From assembly GCF_006345805.1 (NCBI RefSeq), contig NC_043009.1, positions 44,206,001-44,270,000 on the forward strand: a stretch of 64,000 bases of DNA, read 5' to 3'. Of the stretch, positions 38,900 through 51,071 are shown piece after piece. A program made the translations under genes and the position numbers. The DNA comes from Octopus sinensis (Eukaryota). Positions within the stretch are counted from its first letter, which is position 1, and each line of letters begins with the position of its first letter. The notes below the pieces were generated by a model that saw nothing but the letters and a program-made list of their open reading frames with translations, had not been told where the DNA came from and did no database searches.

Positions 38900-39900
38900 A
38901 TAATTGAGTTATCTCTCTTCTGTTACTTTCTTAATTAGGACCAACAGTTTGATGCTTCTGTAGTTTCTTCTTTCTTGAGCATCTCTTTTACTCTAGTAGC
39001 AGTTGATGATACTATCATTATTCTAGTCATTGGGAATGACTGTTTTATATAATTGGCTCTGTGAATGACTAGCACATGTCTTATTTCACAGGATATTTTC
39101 AGCTTCTCAATGACTATCTCTGATGGTCTGACTGCTTTCTTTGTCTTTATATCCCCAGTGGCTCTTTCAACTATTTAGCTATGTATTTCAGTAGCTAGTT
39201 CTTCTGTTGAGTCTACTGAGATTAGTACCTTCCTATCTCTTGGGCATTCTTCTCATTCAGAAAAACACTTGTAGTTGTAGGAGTTCCTGCTGCTGGTTAT
39301 GGTGAATGCACTGTTGCGATTACATGTACAAACTTCATTTGTGATGCCCTTTATCATACTGACACTCAGCTTTGCAATCTGGAACACGTCACATTAGAGT
39401 CTTGACAAACCTCTTGCGTCCTGCTTCTCTTCTAGCTGCCTGATATTATTCTTTGCATTTTCCACATCGCCATTCTTTCCAGGCTTGTTTCTTACCTTTT
39501 GTGGCTCTATCTGCTGTACTATTCTGTTACCATGTCACTTTCCATCTGTGGCCCACAGCAGGTTATCTGATAAATATATCCAATAATTCCCTTACTTATA
39601 ACTCTCTGTCTCTTCCTCCTCCTGTTTGACATACCCATAGCTAGTGCTTCTTTTGAATCTACATATGGCCAAGGAATTTTTCAGCTTTCATAAATTTCTT
39701 CTGTAGATTGTCTTGTGTATTTGAGCCTGTCTTTCTCTTCTTTTTATTTCACCAATCCCTGGCCTGTGGTGAGCAATATATTCTTCAGTGATTTAGCATT
39801 GACAAAGATCTGTCCATCTCATTTCCTGATGAGTGTGAAGTCTAATTGTCTTGCATGTTTACCAAGTTGCACAGGATCAAGTGGTGTGCAGTTTTCCTGA
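38900..39900 (-). mobile_element. Decayed RTE LINE fragment (endonuclease end, linker, start of RT)
   Basis: Minus-strand pieces RQLDFTLIRK, EEYIAHHRP, AWKEWR..YQAARREA, and RNYRSIKLL near 38970-38945; many stops and frameshifts. Confidence 0.65.
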
Positions 39901-40129
39901 AGTTCCCTGAAGTTTGTGTTGCAAATTCTAAGAATCTTCATTCCTCTTCATAACCATGATCCTGTATACACAATATGGGGTTTTTTATTGATCTGTCATT
40001 CAGGTGAAATGTAAAGGCTAAGAAACCAAACTAAAAAAAAAAAAAAAATTATGCATTTTAAAAAATAAACGAAGTCATATTTTGGTTATTTGATTTATTC
40101 TCATTTTTGCTTTGTTTTGTTATTTTTAG

Positions 40130-40271
40130 CCACAAAGTAAAAAGAAAAAAGATAAAGAAAGGTGTACTTCATTGATTGAAAAACTCATGGATGAAGAAAA
40201 GAAGCAATCAGATCATGTGCAGAGAGTTATGGCTCGGTTGAAACATGATAAGGACTCTTGGTTCTTGTGTA
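40130..40271 (+). CDS. THOC2: THOC2 exon: [47 protein letters not shown]
   Basis: tttag acceptor, GTAAGT donor, KKKK.KERCT and HVQRV motifs. Confidence 0.96.
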
Positions 40272-41097
40272 GTAAGTATCATTATTATAAGGAATACAGT
40301 CTCTAATACTGGCCAGTGAGGAATCCTCTATGTCAAGTGTGGGATAAACACTTGTCTCTGGGTAAAATATTAGCAACATTAAAAATGATAACTGTTTGCT
40401 AATGAAGTTCCTAAAACCTCATATAGAAAAAAAAAATGTGTTATTTTCTTAAAACCTAAACAGTAATTTAATATAAGTTGTGTATTTGTGAATTTTCTAA
40501 ATTAAAGATTTGTTACATTTCTTGACACAGATGCATCCCCAGAGGTTATGCATTTGCACTTCATCCTTGATGTTAAACAAAAAAAAAACTTCCCTTCCCC
40601 CTGCTCTATTTGGTCACTTACCTGCTAGAAATAATTATCAAATTTCCCTCACAACCATCTTAAAAATTACTTGGAAGGACACTTTAGATAAAAGTCCTAG
40701 ATACTTTTTAAATCAGTGGAATGATCACAACTTTGATCAGGGTTCACTTGGGACTAAACAACTTTCTCTAACACAAAAAATTATTTTTCAGAACAATTCC
40801 AACTATTAAAACATCATAGTTACATTCCTTTGCAAAGATTTAAAAAAAATTTTGATAAAAAATCTTTCAAATCAGTCTACATTTTTTTCTTCAAAACTGA
40901 CATTTCCATTTTTACTGGTGTAGTTCCTTAACTTCTTCCTTTTCTATGTGTTAACGTTTTCACGGATTGACTCTTAAATCATTTACATCATTCCTTACAT
41001 CATTTCACTCCAGTCAGTTTCATTGCAAACATTGTTTGATTCTTTGAAGCCTTTTAAGTTGATCTTCCACTGACTTCAAATTTACTATGTTTTCTAG

Positions 41098-41255
41098 GAT
41101 CTACCAAGAATGAAATGATTACCCAATTCCTTCAACTTTGTATATTCCCTCGTTGCTGCCTTACAGCCAGTGATGCTCTTTACTGTGCCAAATTTATCTA
41201 TATTCTACACGAACAAAAGACTCCAAATTTCTCAACTTTGATATGCTGTGACAGA
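41098..41255 (+). CDS. THOC2: THOC2 exon: [52 protein letters not shown]
   Basis: tctag acceptor, GTGAGT donor, [10 protein letters not shown] and KTPNFSTL motifs. Confidence 0.97.
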
Positions 41256-43220
41256 GTGAGTACTTTTCTCTTTCCTATTGTTTCACTTAGTTTCAAACAC
41301 AAAAAATATTGCCTCTAATATTTTAAAATGTCACCTATTCACCGATTGTCTTAAAAATAAATCGCTTCCTTTTCTCACCTTCATTATCAGTTAACTATGT
41401 TTTCCATGCTGGCATTAGTTGGACTGTTTGACAGGATCTGGTGATCTATAGGGATGCATCATGTTCCAATGTCTGTTTTGGCATGGTTTCTGCAGCTAGA
41501 TGCCCTTCATATTGGTAACCACTTTACAGTGTGTGTTGGGTGCTTATTTTTTTTCATACAACAAACATTTGTGAGGTTGCTAAGTAATTTGCAAGACAGA
41601 AAAAGAACAAGAAAAGACACTTCATCTCAGGCTCTTAGGGAGAGTATTACAGGAGGTAGAGGTGGCGCTTTATACCAGTGTTGAGAGACCTTATGTATGA
41701 CAGAGGGACAAGCATAGCTGAGTTATAGTGAAGATACATGACTACTCCGCATTACATAAGGGTGGGTGGGATTAGCTGGAAAGAAAAGATGATAGTGGCA
41801 GGGTGCCACAGCAAACTCCACTACTACCATCTTCTCCATGATGTTGGTGCCGTGAGAAGATATAACACCTTCCTTATGTCGGGGCCTAGTTTGTTCATTT
41901 TATTTAACATCTGTTTTTTTTTTTTTTTCGTGCATGCATGAGTTAGACAGATACTTGCAGCAGTATTTTTAGTTAGTTGCTCTTCCTGTTGCTAACTCTT
42001 GTTTGTCAGGTAACGAATATTTTTGTTCCAGGGGAATCTGAAAGTGCAGAGCTAATGGGTGATTTGTTGATAGAAAATGTCAAAAAATGTAACCAGTTGC
42101 AGTCCAACCACAAACAGTGACATCACCACTTGTAACTGTAACTCAGTGAAGATTGTAAACATTCTCACATGCACACTGTGGGCATCTTTCAGTTTCCATT
42201 CACCAGATTCCTTCACAAGGCATTGATCAGCCTAGGGTTATTGCAAAAGACATGCTATGCAGCAAGACTAAACCTGAAACGATATGTTTCAGAAGTGAAC
42301 TGCTTAACCACATAGCCATGTATCCACCTATATACATTCTGGGAGCTGGCTGAGGTTGGGAAGGGTGCCCTGCCATAGAAACCAAGCCATAAGATGCAGT
42401 CCTTTGGCCTGTCTAGAAGAACTGCACCCTTGAATATGCGCTGACTTCAAACATTGCAATTGTATGACCTATGCCAGCATATTTTTTCTGTCTAAATGAT
42501 TTTGAAGACTGCGGAACCATTGATCCTATTTGCTGACTTTTTTGATGGCATGCAGGTGTCAATGAATGGTCAAACGACTAAATCCAAGCTTCTCTGCTAG
42601 TTTGTCAACAGTTATGATGGGATTTTGTTCTGGGTTTTGCAGGATGATCTTGTCAGCAGATAGTTTATCTTGTCCCCCTCCGATTTTTAGTTCTTGCAAT
42701 TGAAAAAAACTGCATTATTTATGGGATGACTCAAAATATCCCTTCACGAATTTTGAATTGTGATTCTACATAAAAATATGTTTTAAATTCTTTACTTTCC
42801 TTTTCAATTACTAACAGTTGCTGAGAAATCTTTGTAAAAGTTATAATTAATCAATTTTATTTTATTTTACCACCACCACTATCACCATCATTTTATTGTC
42901 CATTTTCCTGTACTTGGTGGTGTTGGATAGAGTTTATTACAACCAGACACTCTTCCTGTTGCTAATCCTTACTTGTCCAAGGTGCCACATAGTGGGACTG
43001 AACCCCAAACTATTTGGTTGCAATGCAAATTTCTTAACCACACAGCCACATCTATAATTTACCAGTATGTAATAAATTAGTAACTTTTTAATCATCAATT
43101 AACATATTTTGAAGAATTTCAAAACTTCAGGGATCTTTTACTATTATTGTTAAAGTTGCTTTACTCCTATATTTTTTTGTATACTTATTAATGTAGCTAA
43201 TGTTTTGTTTGTATTGCCAG

Positions 43221-43349
43221 ATTTTCTGTGACATCACATACACTGTAACTAGCTGCACAGAAAATGAAGCACACCGCTATGGACGATTTCTATGTGCCGC
43301 ATTGGAAACCATTCTGAAATGGCACAGCGACAAAGTCACATATGAAAAA
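43221..43349 (+). CDS. THOC2: THOC2 exon: [43 protein letters not shown]
   Basis: gccag acceptor, GTAAGT donor, SCTENEA.RYGRFL motif. Confidence 0.97.
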
Positions 43350-44989
43350 GTAAGTGCTAGCCTGTTAGATTCTACGAAAATACTTAAAAAGAAATATTTC
43401 TAGGTTTAAAAAACAAAGAAATTGAATGAATTTTTAAGCAGGACTAAGAAACAATATGGTTGGAAAGAGATTTTAAATTACACTGTGTAACAAAATTTTT
43501 ATTTATATTTTTGTCTAAGGTCAGTAAGTGTTATTTCCTATTTGCTTTTATCAAGAAATCAAAGGAAATGACATTCAGACTTTGCTTTTGTGTCCTGGGC
43601 ATCAGTGTTTTGAAATTGACCTATTTTCTATTACATCCCACAGATTCAGTGCTGAGTTGCTGCAGCAGAAATATCGTTATAGCAAATATTCTGCTCATTA
43701 CTAGAGGTTTATTTACTCGTCAGTTGCTTGTCCTTGACCATTTGAACATAGTGGCTGACAATGTATATCTCCAATCATGAGCAGGAGTAGTGGGGGAGCT
43801 TCATAGCCATGTATTGAGAGGGATTCTTTAGGGCTTGAATAAATGCAATAAAAGCAAAGTTTGAAGGAAATATTAACCATTTTTTCACACTTTCTTGGGG
43901 TAAGCAAAAAGAAAATAATAGTTACTATGAAAGGACAAAAATTGTGTTACACAGTGTTGTTGTTTAATTACATTCGCTTTCATTTTTTTTAGTGGAGCTG
44001 ATCAGTGGATTATCACATTGCACCATATCAGTAATCAGAATTATTTGTAACCTGCAGTAGAAATTTATTGTAAATATCAGGAATAACCATTTAAAATATC
44101 AGTAAATACCATACGTGTCGGTGTATAAGCAGACAGGGCATATAAGACAACCCCAGAATTTCCTTTTAAGATGTTTGCTTTGAGCTATACTCATTGTATA
44201 TGACTATCCTGGGAATATATCACCCTTGATGCAGTAGCTGGGAGATGCGTGATGCATCGTCATCTGTTGCAACTGGCAATTGGTGTGTGTTGACAAGTTT
44301 GTTGTGCTATTATCCGAATGTTTGTTAGACAGGTTTCTAATTTTTTTTTCTTTTTTCTGGTCAAGATGTGTAATTTAGTGGTGAGGGTGTTTGGCTCATG
44401 ATTATAAGGTCGTGTGCTCTATTCCTGACTGTACATTGTGTTCTTGAGCAAGACACTTTATTTCACGTTGTTCTAGTCCTCTCAGCTGGCAAAAATTAGT
44501 AGTACCTGTATATCAAAGGGCCACTCTTGTCACATTCTGTATCATGCTGTCTCTCCTTTAACTATTTTAAAGGTACAGTGCTCTATCACTTGCTCATTAA
44601 TTTTATGAGCTGTTCTGTTGATAGGGTCAACTGAAATCCTCATCATCATAAGTATTGGAGTGCCAGATTATATTTATTAAGTTTCAGTCGCAAATATTTA
44701 GTGGTAGGACTATAGGAGCTATGCAAATGTTTTATGCTGTTCTCCTTCACCATGCATGACACTCTAAACCACAGCAAGTTAAGGTTCAAATTTTATACAT
44801 GGTGTTTCAGATGACCCTTGGTTTTAGGATGTTTTTTTCTCTTGTTTTTTTTTCTTTCTTTTTTCAAGGTTCAAATTCCAACCTGTATATCCACTTATGC
44901 ACTAAAAGCTTTTTGCTTCTGTTGAAACATATTGCATTTACAAAATTGAAATTTATTCCTTTTGTCTTTTTTTTTAACCCTTTTTTGAG

Positions 44990-45118
44990 GAATGTGCTAA
45001 CTATCCTGGCTTTGTCAGTGTAATCCGTAAAGGATCAGACAACATAAACAAAGCTGATCAGCTGGATTATGAAAACTACAGACATGTATGTCACAAATGG
45101 CATTTCCGAATAACAAAA
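44990..45118 (+). CDS. THOC2: THOC2 exon: [43 protein letters not shown]
   Basis: Rare ttttttGAG acceptor, GTGAGT donor, NYPGF and [16 protein letters not shown] motifs. Confidence 0.95.
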
Positions 45119-46202
45119 GTGAGTATAAGACAATAATAAAACTAATTTTGAAAATATATTTTAGTCAGTTATATTCCTTATAAATAGGTTTAGCATTCAT
45201 CATCATCATCATCAGCAACAACAGCATCATCACCATCATCATTATAATCATCATTACCATCATCACCACTGCTACCATCATCATATTATTTACACCTGTT
45301 TTTTTCCCCCATATTGGTCTGGATCTGATACACCTGTGTTCTCATCATGTATCTCAGTCCTTTATAATCTCTCTTGTTATGTTTATTATCTAGAGATCCC
45401 CCAATTCTTTCCACCACCCATGCCAGAATTGAAGCCAGATATTAAATCACGATGACATCTTCCTCTTCTACAAGCTGTTTCCATATATTTTGGAAAGAAA
45501 AAAAAATAATACATATATTGCTGTCTTGTGATTTTCTTCTGTATATTCAGTAGTGTTTTAGATGAAGAGTCATCCCAAGCTGTCACCTCCCTAATTAGTG
45601 AAAATCCTAATGATTTTAACATCCACTCTGCCTGATAAACTCTGTCCAATCTATGATTGTATGGGTCAGACAGTTTATTGAGGCAGATTTTCTATGGCCA
45701 GATGCCTTTCCTGTTTCCTTGCAAGGTAATGTTTCCCCATGGCCTGACATGTTTTCACAGAATATTGAAAATGTATTACACTGCTTGAATGACAGTCATA
45801 TTCATTTACTACTATCACACAATGTCCAGACCTGCTCACATGCATGCACGCACAACAGGATCTTTCAGTTTCCATCTCCCAAATCCCCTTCCAAAGCTTT
45901 GGTCTCTTCAGGGCTATAGTTGGAGACACTCGTCCAAGTTATCATACAATGGGACTGAAGCGAAAACCATATAGCTAGGAAGCAAACTTCTTAAACCATG
46001 CATTGTACATCAGTGATATAAATGGTCAACATGCTACAAACTGCAAGAAATAAATGGCCAACAAGCTGACATAATTGCATTTAGAACATCTTTCACAACT
46101 CCTCTCAAGAAGCCAAGATTTCTGCCAGAGCCAAGCAACAGGTCTTAATTGATCTTTCATAACAGTGACCTGTGAATGTCTATTTTCCAGCCTTATAAGG
46201 AA

Positions 46203-46447
46203 TCATCATTATCATCATCGTTTAACGTCTGCTTTCCATGCTAGCATGGGTTGGATGATTCAACTGACGTCTGGGAAGCCAGAAGGCTGCACCAGGCCCA
46301 GTCTGATCTGGCAGTGTTCCTACAGCTGGATGCCCTTCCTAACGCCAACCACTCTATGAGTGTAGTGGGTGCTTTTTACGTGCCACCGGCACAGGTGCCA
46401 GACGAGGCTGTCAAACGGCCACGATCGGATGGTGCTTTTTACGTGCC
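46203..46447 (-). mobile_element. Short RTE 3'-UTR copy, antisense
   Basis: Reverse complement of the 21905-22145 sequence with (CAT)n at the left end. Confidence 0.85.
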
Positions 46448-47343
46448 AAACAATATAATGATAGTGGATGGACTGAAATACAGTCAACTCTTCCATGGTG
46501 TTGTTTTGCATTTTTGATAAAATAAATACATACAAATTATAAAAATAATAATAAAACATGCTAGCGTGGAAGACAGGCGTTAAATGATGATGATGATTCA
46601 GAACAGTACTGTTTCTACTTTGTGGATTTTCACCTATCATGGGGTGTTTTGGAACGTAACACTTGCAATAGTCAAGGGATTATTGTACTTAGGAATGACT
46701 GGTGAAGCAGTTAGGATTCTCTGAGAATGTAGCACAGGAAAGGTATTGAAGAGAATCAATTTGATTTTGTTTTGTTTGTGATGGATTTGGTAAGATGATT
46801 CCACTCTGAAGTTCTTATCATTTCATTAAGAAGCTAGCTATTTATTGGTGAGAAGGCAGGAGGTGTCAGTGACTAGCAACCATCCAGTTACCATAACAAA
46901 ATATAAACTAGTGTCTAGTTTTTGTCTTCAATTGGAAGTCGAGAATGGTGGAGTTATTCCATGGGTAGACGGGCTTTGACACTCCAAACATATTAGGAAT
47001 AGAAAAGAAAAACAAAAGATTTTTAGTGTAAACATTTTGTCACACATGTATAAGTTTAAAAAAAAAAAAACCTCTAAGTATAATGAAACTATGAAGATAA
47101 TCCTCTGCAATTGGGATTAAAAAAAAAATTCAAGTTTCGAATTTGTTTACTTTACCTTGAACTTTGATAAATTGCTTCAGGTTAAAACTCAACTGTAGTT
47201 TGTGTGCTAATTATCCTAAAATACTTTACTGTACCTTTATATTGTAGAAACTTTATCTGAAGTTTGCTAACACATCTCATCTCAAATATCTCTCTTTTTG
47301 TATATCAAATCGTTGCCTCACAGAATTTTACTTTCTTTTTCAG

Positions 47344-47412
47344 GCTATGGTGGCTTGCTTAGAATCAAGAAACTACATTCAAATCAGGAATTCTCTTATA
47401 ATTCTCACAAAG
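47344..47412 (+). CDS. THOC2: THOC2 exon: AMVACLESRNYIQIRNSLIILTK
   Basis: ttcag acceptor, AAG|GTTTTG donor. Matches human [23 protein letters not shown]. Confidence 0.93.
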
Positions 47413-47476
47413 GTTTTGTATTGCTACATTTGTAAATATTTAGTTTTGTTTGTATCTAGTTTTGCAGGATTATTAT

Positions 47477-47711
47477 TATTATTACAATGAAGGTGGCGAG
47501 CTGGCAGAAACGTTAGCACGCCGGGCGAAATGCTTAGCGGTATTTCGTCTGTCGTTACGTTCTGAGTTCAAATTCCGCCGAGGACGACTTTGCCTTTCAT
47601 CCTCTCGGGGTCAAGAAATAAAGTACCAGTTTCGCACTGGGTCCATGTAATCGACTTAATCCCTTTGTTTGGCCCCTTGTGGGTAGTAAAGAAATATATT
47701 ATTACAATGAA
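47477..47711 (+). mobile_element. Young short tRNA-like SINE (third family) with 15-bp TSD
   Basis: Head ggtggcgagctggcagaa, B-box-like GAGTTCAAATTCC; TSD TATTATTACAATGAA at 47477-47491 and 47697-47711; CpG-rich. Confidence 0.85.
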
Positions 47712-48051
47712 AATTTTTTCTAGATATCTGCTTTATTTACACATTATCCATCAGGTGTCACCCAGACACCTGAGATAGATATGATATTCTTAATACATTG
47801 GATGAATATATGATATCAAGAAGCACTAAGACTGGCTAAATTTAAATTACAAAAAAGCACATATGCATGAGTGTTCAGTAAAAATGCTATAAAAACTATG
47901 GAATTTATGGTGATAGGGCTTTCTGTAAAGATTGTTTTCTCTATTTCTGTTGTATCTAGTTAGTGCAGGATTATTGTTAGAAGTAAAAATTAATTTTGTT
48001 TTCTTATGTTTATTTTTTAGTAATATTTTGTTAAAGCACTTATTTTACGAC

Positions 48052-48277
48052 TTAACCCTTTAGCGTTTAGATTGCTCTGTCACGTGTAATGCTTTATGTA
48101 TTCACATAATATTAAATTAATCATGCATTATTTCATAGCTTTGAGATATCAATGATGTGATTGTTTATTTCTAAAATGACGCCGTCGGGTAGGTATGAAA
48201 AGCCAGATTTTACCAGTTTGAGGATAAAAACAGAATATTTTGGCTGGATATGGTCAGTTTTAATGCTAAAGGGTTAA
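48052..48277. mobile_element. piggyBac-like MITE, same family
   Basis: TTAA-CCCTTTAGCG...GCTAAAGGG-TTAA. Confidence 0.82.
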
Positions 48278-48450
48278 TGTGCTTCCTAGAAGGAAATGCT
48301 GTCAGGAAATGGTGCCAGTGTTTTTAGTGAAATAGATTGCTGTGAAAAAAATGTTCCTTGAGTTAAGCATGATTAAATTAAATTTCTTTCTTTTAACAAA
48401 TTATTATATGGAGGTATATTTTAATCAGTTGCTCCTGTTCCCTTATGTAT

Positions 48451-49107
48451 CATCATCAGCATCATTGTTTAACGTCCATTTCCCACGATGGCATGGGTTG
48501 GACAGTTTGCTAGGCTCCAATCTGATCTGGCAATGTTTCTACAGCTGGATGCCTTTCCTAATGCCAACCACCCCAAGAGTGTGTAGTGGGTGCTTTTTTA
48601 CATGCCACTGGCACTGGAGCCAGTCAGGCGGAACTAGCATTGGCCACGATCAGATGGTGCTTTTTACGTGCCAGCAGCACAGGAGCCAATTGGGGCAGGG
48701 GGCTGGCATCAGCCATGTTCGGATGTTACTTTTTACATGCCACCGGCACAGGGAGTCAGTCAGGTAGCACTGGCAACAACCCACGCATGAATGGTGCTTA
48801 TTGCTTGCCACCAGCACGAGAGCCAGTCAAGCGGCACTGGTATCCGCCACATCTACAATTTCCATGTGATTTGATTTTGATTGAATTGCTGACTCAATAG
48901 GTCTCCTCAAGCACAACATGTCGCCCGACGATTCAAAGGTACTTTTTAAATGGGCTGGTTATGCAACACTAGTAGTGTAGGCTACGGCTGTGATGTCACT
49001 TTCCTTGCCGGGTCTTCTCAATCACAGCATATCTCCAGAGGTCTCGGTCTTTCGTCATTGCCTCTGTGAGGCCCAACGTTCGAAGGTCATGCTTCACCAC
49101 CTCAACC
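48451..49107 (-). mobile_element. 5'-truncated RTE-clade LINE: ORF C-terminus plus 3' UTR and (GAT)n tail
   Basis: Minus 49103-48996 encodes EVVKHDLRTLGLTEAMTKDRDLWRYAVIEKTRQGK*, an RTE-type C-terminus, followed by a modular 3' UTR and gttaaacaatgatgctgatgatg tail. Confidence 0.8.
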
Positions 49108-49365
49108 TATGTCTTTCATGGGTTCCTTCCACTGTTAGGGAGTGATACTTCACACAGCTCTCTTCATTCATACGTATTTTTACCTAATTTTTATTCCATT
49201 GAATTAACGTTTCTCTTCAGTCTCTTTCAAGTTGCACAACTAACTTGAATTAAATCCTATCTTATCCCTCACTCTGCTAATCTTTTCTCTCCGAGGAAAC
49301 AAACAAAGAAATGTATAATTGCAATTTTTAAATACTAACAAATGCTTATCATGAAATGTTTCTAG

Positions 49366-49481
49366 ATTCTTCCATATTATCCAAGAATAATGCAGTTTGG
49401 TCAAGCACTAGAGCGAAGAGTGAACAGAATTCGACAAGAAGAAAAAGAGAAACGTCCAGACATTTATGCTCTTGCTATGGG
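49366..49481 (+). CDS. THOC2: THOC2 exon: [39 protein letters not shown]
   Basis: tctag acceptor, GG|GTGAGA donor, GQALERRV and [12 protein letters not shown] motifs. Confidence 0.96.
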
Positions 49482-50796
49482 GTGAGATTATTATTTTTTT
49501 ATTGCACTAAAATAACTCCACCATTTTCTTACCAACTTGCTCTGTATAATTGTACTATCCACCATTGTAGAATACCACACTGTCTGAAAATGCCTTCCAT
49601 CATTTATTTATATTTAAATCAAAATATTGATTTAGATCTTGTTGTTACATTAGTGATAACCCACAACTTCATTAGATAAATACTCAGATTAGTGATGGAC
49701 CAGTGCCCTGTCCTATGCTCCTTACGGAGTAATGTGGACTAACCATGTAATATTGATTAATAGTTCATTTCATATTAGTGATAATTAATTTTATGCTTTA
49801 GATTTTTACCTGTAATTACAGTAGTTTTTACATGATGTCATTCTTTTGACAAAATTTATTTAAATTGGGAAAAGTTTTCTGATTAAAGTATGTTCTTTTT
49901 TGTGTACTAACAATGAGAAATTGGTTCAATTACATTTGCTACCATTAATTAAAGCCATTTCTAATAGGGTCTTTTTCTATTTTCATAGTTAATTATTCCT
50001 CAAATATTACTCCATATGATCATATGATGGCTGAGGTGTATAATACCTACAATTGACTCTCTCTCTTCCATCTCTCCTAAGCAATGTTTATATGAAGTCT
50101 CCATGCACTGGTCCCTGGTCTCATTATTGTTCATTCCTCTCCTATCAATCTTCCACTCTACTGTTATTCTCTCTCACACCACCTGATTATTCCACTGGAT
50201 CTCCTTCTTACATACTCTCCTTTATTGCTACTGTCACTCTCTCCCCTCACCCCATTACTCCCTCCCTTATCACTCATTGACATTCATCACTCTCTTATCA
50301 CCATCTTCATTTCTGTCTGTCATTCTCACATTACCCTTTCTTCCATCATTCGTTGACTTCCATCACTCTCACTCCTCTCTCAGTTACAATACTCCTTCTT
50401 CTGTAAGTTTGTCTTCTATAATGTTCTCTCTTCCTCCATCATGTCACTCATACTGTTTTTATTCAATCTCCTTTTTTGCTCTGATTTTCTTCTATTACTC
50501 TCACTTCTATCTACCAGTATAAGACAGTCCTTGTGTACTAATGAGAAAAAATATAGACAACACTAAGGAGCATTCTTTTGTCTTGCCATGGACAAGGCAA
50601 CCTCTCTAGTTCTGGTGCCAAAATAAATATGCACTTATAGTACACTCTGCAAAGAAGTAGGAGATAAGAAGGGAATCTATCTAGTAACCATGTCAAAAAT
50701 GCAGTGTATGAGAGAGAAATGGATTTTGATCCATGTAGGAAGGCAATAAGTTCTATGATAATTAAAATTTTTTTTTATTTTTAATTTCTTTTCCAG

Positions 50797-50872
50797 CTAT
50801 TCTGGTCAACTGAAAAATAAAAAATCTATGTGGGTTCCTGAACATGAATTTCATATCAAAAACAAAGAAGCT
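50797..50872 (+). CDS. THOC2: THOC2 exon: YSGQLKNKKSMWVPEHEFHIKNKEA
   Basis: tccag acceptor, GTAAGT donor, YSGQLK and PE.EFH motifs. Confidence 0.95.
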
Positions 50873-51071
50873 GTAAGTAATAAGATGTTTCAGTCCTTAA
50901 TTTTTGTCAGTCAAATGTATATTTGCTTCTGTTACAAATATTGTTTTGGGGAAAAGGGAGTGGGTAACTTATGAGCTTTCAATTAGCAGCTAGTAATAAG
51001 GTTGTAATTAATTTGATGTTATCAGAAGAATTATCTAAAGGATGCATGTATATATGTATGTGTTTATATAT

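Noticed and set aside
48342-48900. 141-aa and 104-aa plus-strand ORFs
   Set aside because: Antisense to the modular RTE 3' UTR; open by virtue of GC-rich repeats.
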